Source: an uncultured Dehalococcoidia bacterium (lineage in GTDB: Bacteria; Chloroflexota; Dehalococcoidia; Lucifugimonadales; CATQGZ01). Taken from it: a stretch of DNA of 64,000 nucleotides. Positions within the stretch are counted from its first letter, which is position 1. Each line of letters opens with the position of its first letter. The notes under the pieces were generated by a model. That model was not told the DNA's origin. It saw only the letters and a list, made by a program, of their open reading frames with translations, and did no database searches. The stretch spans positions 3,252 to 67,251 of the forward strand of contig CAZMZE010000040.1 of the NCBI GenBank assembly GCA_964570875.1, written 5' to 3'. This document shows positions 1 through 9,129 of this stretch, piece by piece. The translations under genes were made by a program, and so were the position numbers.

Positions 1-1
1 C

Positions 2-553
2 AGTCGCCTTTATATAAGGTAAGTAAGTTAGATGGACATAAAATACATTATCACGTCCTACAGCGTTCCTCATTTGCCTAATAGCTTCTAAAAATGGCTG
101 GCCTTCAATATCCCCTACAGTTCCTCCTACCTCCACAACTATCACTTGGGCCCGGCTCTCATCGGCCAGTGTCAAAATACGATTTTTGATGGCATCAGTA
201 ACATGGGGAACAGACTGTATAGTGCCTCCCAAAAATTCTCCCCTTCTTTCTCTGCCTATGACCTCACTATATATCTGCCCGGCTGTCACATTAGATGAAC
301 TCGTTAGATCAATATCAATAAATCGCTCATAGTGACCGAGGTCTAAATCTGTTTCGCTTCCATCACCGGTTACGAACACTTCTCCATGTTGGTAGGGGGA
401 CATTGTTCCAGGATCTACGTTCAAATATGGATCCAATTTCAAAACTGATACAGATATGCCTCTGCTCTCTAAAATACGACCTATTGAAGCAACTGTTATA
501 CCCTTCCCGACTGAGCTAATAACTCCTCCGGTTACAAAGACGTACGCTGTCAT
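2..553 (-). CDS. pyrG: CTP synthase, N-terminal part (truncated by window edge)
   Basis: Manual translation from ATG at 553: [25 protein letters not shown]...[24 protein letters not shown]...[12 protein letters not shown]. Not in the ORF track because no stop falls in the window. Confidence 0.97.
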   Translation of the reverse strand, partial: MTAYVFVTGGVISSVGKGITVASIGRILESRGISVSVLKLDPYLNVDPGTMSPYQHGEVFVTGDGSETDLDLGHYERFIDIDLTSSSNVTAGQIYSEVIGRERRGEFLGGTIQSVPHVTDAIKNRILTLADESRAQVIVVEVGGTVGDIEGQPFLEAIRQMRNAVGRDNVFYVHLTYLPYIKAT

Positions 554-694
554 CTGGCCTCTCATTGACGGTACTAGAAATAAAGGTGATCGATCTCTAG
601 CAACAGATCCGTTTCACTCTGGTCAATACAGTGGTGCCTTATCTCCCAATATTAGGTAGAAACAGAAACCATTAGGCACCATCTCAATTTCTGG

Positions 695-723
695 AGTATA
701 GGTTCGATGTAACGGCATGTCAA
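695..723 (-). promoter_or_regulatory. sigma70-type promoter for pyrG
   Basis: Minus strand TTGACA (723-718), 17 nt spacer, TATACT (700-695). Confidence 0.75.
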
Positions 724-861
724 TACTAAAATCATGCTATGAGCAGCATTAAGATCCGAAGCTAATAATAAGCATACAAAATCGCTCTTACTCGAAACAC
801 CGCATGAAGCTACATGGAGTAAATATTCGAAAATCTGTATGCCGATTATCTCAACACAATG

Positions 862-910
862 AAATATATTGAACTATTTTTGTAAAAGTATAAAATATAT
901 TGAACTATTT
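862..910. repeat. Perfect 18-bp direct repeat AAATATATTGAACTATTT x2 (862-879, 893-910), putative operator
   Basis: Exact copies with a 31-bp period; overlap a possible TTGAAC-N16-TAAAAT promoter. Confidence 0.85.
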
Positions 911-976
911 CCCCTTCCATCCAGTCCATCTTGCAAGTAGACTGCTGGAACAAAACTATTCATAGGTACGGCTACA

Positions 977-1300
977 GTGCAAATAACAATTGACAACCTA
1001 TCAATCGCGCAGGCAGACATCAAGCAACTGTCATCACAATGGGAACAATGCGTTAAACATATTGACTACATTCCTTCAGGGACCGCTTTGTTAGTCCTTA
1101 CATCATTGGTTAAATCCTATTTAACCGGGCGAGGCTATGCTACATCTAATTCGCATGCTAACTTAACAACGTATGACCTCGCAGCTAGATTGACAACAAC
1201 AGTTTTACTGGAAGCCACAAAGAAATCTAAGACCCTGTCTAGATTCCACTACGGAATACAAAGCTACCTGTCGGAAAACCATCTTAACTACTTGAAATAA
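977..1300 (+). CDS. Hypothetical protein, paralog of 2063..2398
   Basis: 107 aa; shares LSSQW, IDY and YLxGRG motifs in an ungapped alignment with 2063..2398. Confidence 0.7.
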   Translation: MQITIDNLSIAQADIKQLSSQWEQCVKHIDYIPSGTALLVLTSLVKSYLTGRGYATSNSHANLTTYDLAARLTTTVLLEATKKSKTLSRFHYGIQSYLSENHLNYLK

Positions 1301-1377
1301 CCTACTTCCTGCGAACTAAGCTACTCCTCGATCCCCCTGGACAATTCATTTTCTGTACATTTTGCCCGTTCCAGCTA

Positions 1378-1406
1378 TTGACATTTTTATACTTTTCTTA
1401 AACAAT
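1378..1406 (+). promoter_or_regulatory. Possible sigma70 promoter for the zinc-ribbon gene
   Basis: TTGACA-N17-AACAAT. Confidence 0.4.
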
Positions 1407-1487
1407 GTTCGAAATTATTTAATGCATCTGTGTTTTGGTGGGGTTCGAGCTGATTGGGATGCAACGTTTTATCAAGGAGTGTTGACA

Positions 1488-1961
1488 ATGGTTACAGTAG
1501 CTCAGAATGAAGTCGCGATCCGTAGCGCTCAAATACCTCAACAAGCACATGAGGCGGAATCTTTAACCACGCCGGCAGTTCGTCGGTCAACTTGCCCTAG
1601 ATGTAGTGCAAGGTTATTCGTTGGTTATTATGAACCTGAGTGCATCCAATGTGGTTGGGTAGACTACAGTTACGAACAAGAAGTAACGCCAACCGATAGT
1701 ATTTTGAGCTCTGCAACAAAATTCATCTTGAGATACGTAGGGGACTCCCAGTCACTGTCTGAAACACTTACTCACATCAAGGTTGTAAGACTCAGAAACC
1801 GGGCGGTGTATGGAGTCATTTGCCCTTTTTGTAACAGCAATATGGAACAAACCTCTCTATCTGGAAAGCTTAGGGAACTTCGTGAACAACGGTATGAATG
1901 TGAAACGGGGCACAGAGTAGCCCTATGTCATACCAAAAAGGGTGAACTCGGTTGGAAGTAA
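1488..1961 (+). CDS. Hypothetical double zinc-ribbon protein
   Basis: AAGGAG upstream of ATG 1488; CPRC...CIQC and CPFC...CETGH ligand pairs. Confidence 0.75.
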   Translation: MVTVAQNEVAIRSAQIPQQAHEAESLTTPAVRRSTCPRCSARLFVGYYEPECIQCGWVDYSYEQEVTPTDSILSSATKFILRYVGDSQSLSETLTHIKVVRLRNRAVYGVICPFCNSNMEQTSLSGKLRELREQRYECETGHRVALCHTKKGELGWK

Positions 1962-2062
1962 AATTTATCGACCTCATAGCCAGTGAGGCTATCGCCGTTA
2001 ATGCAACTTTAAGAACCAATTCTGCCATTAGTTAAATCAAACAGATGAAGGATGTTCATTAA

Positions 2063-2398
2063 ATGACAAACAGCATCGACTTAGAAGGTATTCAAATAAC
2101 TCGGACCGAGCTGCAAAGCCTGTCTTCCCAATGGTCGCTATTGATATCTGGCATAGATTATCCATCTCAAAAGATAGCCTCCCAGTTGCTCGAATCGGTT
2201 GCATTGGTGTACTTAAGGGGACGTGGCTGTAAAATGGGTAACAAGCAAAGTAGAGACCTTCATAAAAGCAAACTTTACGCTTTGATAGATGCTATATACT
2301 CCTTCTCTTCCTATTCCGAAAAAGCTGGAGCAGGCATAAAATCGTGCGTTGACTTAAACACGACATGGTCAAAACTTGAATCAGGGCGAACGTCTTAG
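2063..2398 (+). CDS. Hypothetical protein, paralog of 977..1300
   Basis: AAGGA RBS; 18/52 ungapped identities to 977..1300 over the N-terminal half. Confidence 0.7.
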   Translation: MTNSIDLEGIQITRTELQSLSSQWSLLISGIDYPSQKIASQLLESVALVYLRGRGCKMGNKQSRDLHKSKLYALIDAIYSFSSYSEKAGAGIKSCVDLNTTWSKLESGRTS

Positions 2399-2402
2399 AA
2401 CC

Positions 2403-2816
2403 ATGAAAAACATGACTTTTAACATTCTAGATAACGGTGTTGGATCTGTGCTGGAAGCAACTTCTTCCATTAAAACAGTCCCGCAAAATGATTCCACCAA
2501 GACGACCGTAAACTTCGATAAGTATTCACAAAATACCCTGAATGGTAAATACATCCAGTTTGGGATTCAAATAGATGGCGGTTCAAAAGGAACAAGCCCT
2601 AGTTTACATTTTACTGCTGACTTGATAGACACGGCAATTCGGGCCGATCAGCAATCTCTCAAAACACACACTCCTCATGATAAGAAGCCCAATACAACAC
2701 GGTTGGAAAAACAAAGATGCCGAGTTGAAGATTTAACGATCAAACTAAATACCAGGCAACTCCACGGACTGGCATCCCAACTGTGTAAATATGCTTACAA
2801 GGGATCAAACAAATAA
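2403..2816 (+). CDS. Hypothetical protein
   Basis: ATG 4 nt after the upstream stop; no motif recognised. Confidence 0.5.
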   Translation: MKNMTFNILDNGVGSVLEATSSIKTVPQNDSTKTTVNFDKYSQNTLNGKYIQFGIQIDGGSKGTSPSLHFTADLIDTAIRADQQSLKTHTPHDKKPNTTRLEKQRCRVEDLTIKLNTRQLHGLASQLCKYAYKGSNK

Positions 2817-2866
2817 GTGCGAGCTAATTTCACAATAAAGCGGTCCACTCTCAAAGGCTCTTCTGG

Positions 2867-2889
2867 AATATCAACAATTTGTTGATATT
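2867..2889. repeat. Perfect palindrome AATATCAACAA-T-TTGTTGATATT between convergent genes
   Basis: 11-bp arms around a 1-nt centre. Confidence 0.8.
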
Positions 2890-2901
2890 AGACAACCTGT
2901 A

Positions 2902-3702
2902 TTAAACTTTGGAATGGGCTGGCTTTGCCGTCTTCGTGCCATCAGGCAGTTCATCAATCTTAAAGTCTCCGAACAATAATGGAGCTTCTGTCTCTAAAAT
3001 TCCCAAAATTTTTAATGCCAATGCTCTTATTTCCCAATCGGCCGTCTCCGCACCACGCATTTCAATAAAATGACGCCATGCTCTAACATTACCAGTCACA
3101 AAAATTTTGGTCTCCGCAGCATTCGGAAGAACTGATCTTGCTGCTTGACGGATTGCTTTACGCCTATCCCTTACGGATTCAAACATCTTCTCAGGCAATT
3201 CCTCTTCAAGAGCCTTAACTAATGTGTCATAACTTTGAGAGGCGAATTCCACAGCTTTTTCAAAAATCCCTACAGCGTCGCTGCCAGTTCCACCAGACCT
3301 TGCTACTGCTAGCGGAGGTACAAATGTGCCATTTGATTCGTCAATATATCTCTGTGATCTTTGGCTGTAGGCGAATCCTGCACGATGCCTGACCAATTCG
3401 TGAGTAAGACTCCTCGAAACTCCCGTAATTACAAAACCATAGTTCACATGCTCTAAAACACTACCATCTTTCGAAATCAACAAATTATTTATAAAATCTT
3501 TGATATCTTTCCTACCTCTCCCAAAGCTCATATAGCATAAGCGTGCTGCAATCTCTACAACAGCAGAAGATTCATCGCTACCAGACCGTATGCTCTCCGG
3601 TATTGGCGGTACTCCTTCATGGTCAAGAAATTCAGCTACTTGACTCCAATCAACCGCTGGCCGGCTAACCAAATACACCGCAGGCTCAGAAAATGTCGCC
3701 AT
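2902..3702 (-). CDS. thyX: FAD-dependent thymidylate synthase
   Basis: SVLEH, VSRSLTHELVRHR...YSQRSQRY, ARSVLPNA, NVRAWRHFIEMR, WEIR motifs. Confidence 0.95.
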   Translation of the reverse strand: MATFSEPAVYLVSRPAVDWSQVAEFLDHEGVPPIPESIRSGSDESSAVVEIAARLCYMSFGRGRKDIKDFINNLLISKDGSVLEHVNYGFVITGVSRSLTHELVRHRAGFAYSQRSQRYIDESNGTFVPPLAVARSGGTGSDAVGIFEKAVEFASQSYDTLVKALEEELPEKMFESVRDRRKAIRQAARSVLPNAAETKIFVTGNVRAWRHFIEMRGAETADWEIRALALKILGILETEAPLLFGDFKIDELPDGTKTAKPAHSKV

Positions 3703-3909
3703 CCTAGATTTCCTTTCATTAAGCTATTGACTGTCTCTATAAATTATAGCCAAAGACCATGCCTACCTGAGTTTAGCAGTGGTCCCAAGCAGCGGTCAAT
3801 TAAATAATTATACCTAGATTATAAATCTAATCCTTTCATATCAAGTTGTGTCAAAACACTTACCAAGCTAGCGATATGTATTGCAAGAAAAGTTTCCGAT
3901 TGCTCTTCC

Positions 3910-3938
3910 TTGACCTCGTAATTACCGAATTTTATAAT
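3910..3938 (+). promoter_or_regulatory. sigma70-type promoter
   Basis: TTGACC-N17-TATAAT, followed by AGGAG and ATG 3978. Confidence 0.75.
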
Positions 3939-3977
3939 TCAGTATCCGCAAAAGCGCTGCTTAGGAGTATTTATATT

Positions 3978-5003
3978 ATGACTATAGAAACACCAACTAT
4001 ATTACCCACCACAGTTGTCGGAAGCCACGCCACACCGAGTTGGCTATGGACCGCTATGGCAGAAATTGAAAAAGGAAATTATGGGCCTACAGATATTAAA
4101 GAAACTTATGACGATGCTGTTAACATGGCAATAATGGACCAAGAGCGGGCGGGTGTTGACATCATCAGTGACGGGGAAATGCGTAGATTCTACTTTGTCC
4201 AAAGTTTTTATAAACGTATGTCAGGCATTGTTGAGGATCCTCCACTGAGGAAAGTCGGTCCGTATGGATACGATAGCCCTCAGAGATATCACACAGTCGG
4301 CAAGGTCAGTGTTCCAGATGGCTTGGGTATAATCGAGGAATTCGAATACGCTAAAAACCACACTGAAAAACAAATAAAAGCAACTTGTCCTGGGCCTTTA
4401 ACGCTCACCATGCATATCCGCCCTCGCGCAGGATACAATGACCGGCTGGATTTAGCTGCTGAATTTGCTACTGTTATCAATAAAGAGCTCAAGGGACTGG
4501 TTGAATCTGGAGCTGATTTTATTCAAATAGACGAACCATCGTTTGCAGTTATACCTGGAACCCTTAAAGACTGGGTCCAGTTGTACAGTGAATGTGTCAA
4601 AGGTGTTGAGGCAAAAATTGCATTGCACATATGCTTCGGCAACCTGGGCAGCCGGCCCCGCGGGAAGAGGACATACAAATGGATGTTCCCAGAAATCCTT
4701 GATACTGGGGCAGACCAATACGTATTGGAATTTGCCAACCGTGAGATGTTTGAAAGTGATCTCTGGAGTGAATTTAATACAGGCGCAGAGCTCGGTGCTG
4801 GAGTCATTGACGTTAAATCATTTTACGTGGAATCACCCGAGGACGTGGCATCACGTTTGCGCATGTTACTAAATCACGTACCTGCGGACCGACTCTACGT
4901 AAGCCCGGACTGTGGGTTCTTTCAACTGCCACGGTGGATCACTTATTTAAAACTGAAGGCAATGGTTGAAGGGACAATGATCGTCAGAAAAGAACTCGCT
5001 TGA
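3978..5003 (+). CDS. Cobalamin-independent methionine synthase II family protein (single catalytic barrel)
   Basis: PTTVVGS, QERAGVDIISDGEMRR, IQIDEP; Zn ligands HIC, LEFA, PDCG. Confidence 0.9.
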   Translation: MTIETPTILPTTVVGSHATPSWLWTAMAEIEKGNYGPTDIKETYDDAVNMAIMDQERAGVDIISDGEMRRFYFVQSFYKRMSGIVEDPPLRKVGPYGYDSPQRYHTVGKVSVPDGLGIIEEFEYAKNHTEKQIKATCPGPLTLTMHIRPRAGYNDRLDLAAEFATVINKELKGLVESGADFIQIDEPSFAVIPGTLKDWVQLYSECVKGVEAKIALHICFGNLGSRPRGKRTYKWMFPEILDTGADQYVLEFANREMFESDLWSEFNTGAELGAGVIDVKSFYVESPEDVASRLRMLLNHVPADRLYVSPDCGFFQLPRWITYLKLKAMVEGTMIVRKELA

Positions 5004-5158
5004 CGTTTATGGCTATTTCATGAAAGTTTGTTTTTTAAATATAACAATCTGTGATACTACTGTGAACAAGGCAAAGCATGAACTTTTGAGGTCCGGTTTT
5101 TGGAAGAAGTTATTGTAATAATCCGTTTTTGCGTGATCAGGTAACTCCAAAATCAATT

Positions 5159-6268
5159 ATGAAACCACTGACAAATATAACAATAATTGACCTTACGATT
5201 AACACCCCTGGGCCGTATTGCACCATGATACTAAGTGATCTAGGCGCAAGAGTAATTAAGATAGAACCACCGGGAGGTGATCCGCTGCGAAATGAACCCA
5301 ATATGTTCGAAACATTAAATCGTGGCAAAGAAAGTATAGAAATCGACCTCAAAACTGAATTGGGTCGCTCCACGATTAAAGAGCTTGTCAGAAATTCGGA
5401 CGTGGTACTAGAAGGTTCAAGACCCGGAGTGGCTAAACGACTCAGTGTAGATTACAAATCACTCTCATCTGAAAATCCAGCATTAATCTACTGTTCTATA
5501 TCAGGTTTCGGGCAAAATGGTCCATGGAAAAATCGACCCGCTCATGACATAAATTTTTTGGCACTGAGTGGGTATTTAGGGCTACAAGAACAATTAGAAG
5601 GCAGGCCATGGCCGCCAGTAGCGCTTATATCAGATCTCGCTTCAGGCCTCTATGCATCCACCTTAATAGCTTCCTACTTAACCCTTAATAAACCTTCCCG
5701 TAAAGGAACGTATATAGACTTATCTATGGCAGAATCTGTGCTATCTTTCATTATGCCCGAAATAGCTAAAGTCCATAGCGAAGCCACCTCGACTTTCCCA
5801 AACGTTTCAGGAATACCCCATTACGGTGTTTTTCAATGTTCTGATCATCGATGGATCAGCCTAGGTATCGTATCCGAAGATCATTTTTGGATTCGATTTT
5901 GTGAATCAGTTGGGCTAGTGGAGATATCAACTCTTAAGCACCATGAACGAATTGCGAAAGCCTCAGAAATACGTGTCCTACTTGAGCAAACATTTATGAG
6001 TCGGCCTGCGCACGAATGGGACGAGTTACTCACCAGCGCAGATGTGCCTTGTGCTCCAGTAGTATCGATCGAAGAGGCATTAAGTTCCCAGCAATTTGCA
6101 ATACGGAATGCTACCTTCGATTTAAATGGTATTAAGCATGTTGCTCTACCGGCTAATCTCAGTTCGGCAAACCTATCAACAAAGCGGCCGGCCCCAAAAC
6201 TTAATGAACACAAGGAAAATATTTTGAAGGAACTATCATCTATCCAAATCAACAAGGATATTTCCTAA
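5159..6268 (+). CDS. Class III CoA-transferase (CaiB/BaiF)
   Basis: DLGARVIKIEPP-GDP, NRGKESI, SGFGQNGP, catalytic Asp region ISDLASG. Confidence 0.92.
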   Translation: MKPLTNITIIDLTINTPGPYCTMILSDLGARVIKIEPPGGDPLRNEPNMFETLNRGKESIEIDLKTELGRSTIKELVRNSDVVLEGSRPGVAKRLSVDYKSLSSENPALIYCSISGFGQNGPWKNRPAHDINFLALSGYLGLQEQLEGRPWPPVALISDLASGLYASTLIASYLTLNKPSRKGTYIDLSMAESVLSFIMPEIAKVHSEATSTFPNVSGIPHYGVFQCSDHRWISLGIVSEDHFWIRFCESVGLVEISTLKHHERIAKASEIRVLLEQTFMSRPAHEWDELLTSADVPCAPVVSIEEALSSQQFAIRNATFDLNGIKHVALPANLSSANLSTKRPAPKLNEHKENILKELSSIQINKDIS

Positions 6269-6297
6269 TATAAAAATCCACCGGTCAGAGAGGAAAC

Positions 6298-7935
6298 ATG
6301 TCGCAAGAATATCAAATTGGTAACTACCAAAGTACCTATAACAATTTCCAACTTGCTGTTCCTGAGAGATTTAACTGGGCTTATGAAGTTTTCGATCTCT
6401 GGGCACAAAACAAATCCAAAATAGCTCTCAAATGGGTTGGGCCAACTGGTAAATCGAGGGATGTTACTTTTGATGAACTTCGTATCCGATCGAGCAAAGT
6501 AGCTAACTTATTATCAGGTATAGGAGCATCCCCAGGAGATAATATCTTCATAATGCTCCCTCACCTGGTCGAGTGGTGGGAAATTGTACTGGGATGTATT
6601 CGAGGCAGATTTGTTTCAGTACCCGGCCCTACACTGCTTACTCCTAATGATATTGAGTATCGAATCAATAGCGCCAGGATAAAAATAGCCATCATAGACC
6701 ACGAAAACGCAGAAAAACTTTTGTCCGTAAAGCATAAATGCCCAGAACTTGAACAAGTAGTTGTAGTGGGGGGGAACATTTCTGGAACAACAAACTATGA
6801 AGATTTAATCCAATTAGCGTCTTCATCTCTTAAAAACCCACACAACCTATCTACTGAGCCTTTAATGGGATATTTCACTTCTGGCACAACCGGATATCCG
6901 AAAATGGTTATTAACACACATTCATCATACCCTATCGGTCACATCATAACGGGCAAATTTTGGCTCGATAACAGGCCTAGTGATTTACACTACACCATAG
7001 CTGACACAGGATGGGCACAAGCCGCATGGACTCTCTTTTTTGCGCCATGGAACATGGGAGCCGCTATCATGGCATGGGATCAAAGAGGCGCTTTTGATCC
7101 CGAATCCACAATGAAACTATTGGAAGACTATCCAATTTCCACCTTTTTTGCTCCTCCAACTGCCTATCGTATGCTTACTCAACTAAATCTCAGTAATTAC
7201 CAATTAAAAACCCTCAGGCATTGTGTTGGAGCAGGAGAAGCGGTAAATCCCGATTTAATCGAAATTTGGAAACAGGGTACTGGTCACCACATCTGGGAAG
7301 GATATGGTCAAACTGAAACAGTGTTGTGCGCTGCAACCTTCCCTGGGATGAATTCCAAACCAGGCTCTATGGGTGTGGCGGCTCCAGGATACACCTTGGG
7401 AATAGTTGATGATGACGGTAATGAATTACCCAGAGGAGAGGAAGGCGAAGTCGCAATACTAACCAATCCTGATCGCCCGGTCGGCCTATTTTCTGGATAT
7501 TGGGAAAATCCAGAAGCCAATGCCAAATCCTTCAGGGGAAATTGGTATTTCACCGGAGATCGAGCCTCGATGGACGACGATGGATACCTATGGTTTGTCG
7601 GAAGGGGAGATGATGTGATAATAAGTGCCTCATACAGGATCGGGCCATTTGAAGTTGAATCTGCAGTAGCAGAACATCCATCAGTCGCTGAAACTGCTGT
7701 CATCGGGGCACCACACCCCGTTAGGGGAAATATCGTCAAGGCCTATGTGGTATTGGCAGAAGGATACAAGCCATCAGATAGCTTAACAACTGACATCCAA
7801 AACCACGTAAAGAAGGTTACTGCACCATATAAATATCCTCGAGTAATCGAATATATTGCAGAACTGCCCAAAACTATTAGTGGAAAGATCAGACGCAACG
7901 AACTTCGCGACCGAGAAACCAAGAAAACCAATTAG
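6298..7935 (+). CDS. Acyl-CoA synthetase (medium-chain/acetyl-CoA synthetase-like AMP ligase)
   Basis: FTSGTTGYPK, YGQTET, TGD, GRGDD, LPKTISGKIRR. Confidence 0.93.
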   Translation: MSQEYQIGNYQSTYNNFQLAVPERFNWAYEVFDLWAQNKSKIALKWVGPTGKSRDVTFDELRIRSSKVANLLSGIGASPGDNIFIMLPHLVEWWEIVLGCIRGRFVSVPGPTLLTPNDIEYRINSARIKIAIIDHENAEKLLSVKHKCPELEQVVVVGGNISGTTNYEDLIQLASSSLKNPHNLSTEPLMGYFTSGTTGYPKMVINTHSSYPIGHIITGKFWLDNRPSDLHYTIADTGWAQAAWTLFFAPWNMGAAIMAWDQRGAFDPESTMKLLEDYPISTFFAPPTAYRMLTQLNLSNYQLKTLRHCVGAGEAVNPDLIEIWKQGTGHHIWEGYGQTETVLCAATFPGMNSKPGSMGVAAPGYTLGIVDDDGNELPRGEEGEVAILTNPDRPVGLFSGYWENPEANAKSFRGNWYFTGDRASMDDDGYLWFVGRGDDVIISASYRIGPFEVESAVAEHPSVAETAVIGAPHPVRGNIVKAYVVLAEGYKPSDSLTTDIQNHVKKVTAPYKYPRVIEYIAELPKTISGKIRRNELRDRETKKTN

Positions 7936-8064
7936 AGTACAAAAGGAAGAGCCGCAGTTATTAAGTATTTAAGATGACGTCAAACAAGACCAAGCTTTCA
8001 TGACTAATCAAAAAACCACTCACTATCTATACACATCCGAGTGGTTCATAGAGGCCAATCATTT

Positions 8065-9120
8065 ATGACCAATACAGTTAGTCTTTCAGACATGGAATCA
8101 ATGGCTCAAGCTCGTATGAATCACAATATTTGGGACTATGTATCAGGAGGCGCCGACGATGAAATAACATTGGAAAGAAACTTTTCAGCATTCCAAGAGA
8201 TGTCAATAAATATTGGTTTGTTTCCAACAGTCAATCAAATTAATTTATCTACCACCGTGTTGGGGCAACAGGTTGGTTTGCCTATAATGGCAGCTCCAAC
8301 AGGAGCTCAATACCTGGCACATCCAAAAGCTGAAATAGCTGTTGCACAAGGAGCAGGAACATTTGGAGCTATTACAACAGTGGCTACGGGATCATCTAAA
8401 ACGGTGGAAGAAATAGCCGCAGTAGCAAAAGGTCCACTATGGCTTCAAATTTATCACCTTCACGACGATATTACTGAATTCATGATCACAAAGGCAGCCG
8501 CTGCAGGATTTTCGGCAGTTTGCTTAACTGTAGACGGAGTTGGGTCCGGTCCCAAAGAGAAAGACAGAAGAAACAATTTTGCACCTCATGAGGAAAGAAC
8601 GTTTGCCGATCTATTGGAAAGACCGGATTTGCTAGAAAAAGCAGATTACCAAGCAGCGAAATCACAAATGCCCACTTGGGAAAAACTAAAATGGTTCAAA
8701 TCACTGTCCTCACTGCCTCTCATTGTGAAAGGAATCATGACACCCACGGACGCTATAATGTGCGTTGAAAATAACGTAGATGGAATAATAGTATCAAACC
8801 ATGGTGGAAGGGTAATTGATACCTGCCTTGCTTCCATCGAAGCACTGCCCGCCATATCAGAATCTGTTGGAGACCAAATTGAAATATACTTCGACTCTGG
8901 AATAAGACGCGGCACTGATGTTTTTAAGGCACTTGCACTGGGAGCAAGATCAGTTTTAGTAGGGAGACCAGTAATGTGGGGCTTGGCTATAAATGGCTCC
9001 AAAGGTATCAAAACAATGTTCGGCATTTTGAAACGAGAACTTGAGACAGTGATGACGTTATCAGGAGTAAGTTCAGTTCAAGAAATAGATCATTCTATGG
9101 TCAATATTAATTGGCGGTAA
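8065..9120 (+). CDS. FMN-dependent alpha-hydroxy acid oxidase/dehydrogenase
   Basis: YVSGGA, LTVD, VKGI, SNHGGR, DSGIRRGTD, GRP. Confidence 0.93.
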   Translation: MTNTVSLSDMESMAQARMNHNIWDYVSGGADDEITLERNFSAFQEMSINIGLFPTVNQINLSTTVLGQQVGLPIMAAPTGAQYLAHPKAEIAVAQGAGTFGAITTVATGSSKTVEEIAAVAKGPLWLQIYHLHDDITEFMITKAAAAGFSAVCLTVDGVGSGPKEKDRRNNFAPHEERTFADLLERPDLLEKADYQAAKSQMPTWEKLKWFKSLSSLPLIVKGIMTPTDAIMCVENNVDGIIVSNHGGRVIDTCLASIEALPAISESVGDQIEIYFDSGIRRGTDVFKALALGARSVLVGRPVMWGLAINGSKGIKTMFGILKRELETVMTLSGVSSVQEIDHSMVNINWR

Positions 9121-9129
9121 GGTGCAATC

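Noticed and set aside
456-659. 67-aa plus-strand ORF
   Set aside because: Antisense shadow of pyrG and its leader.
1436-1460. GGTTCGAG resembling a tRNA T-loop
   Set aside because: No cloverleaf stems around it; the same holds for GGTTCGAT at 701.
1362-1487. N-terminal extension of the zinc-ribbon ORF
   Set aside because: Overlaps a promoter-like region; the RBS supports ATG 1488.
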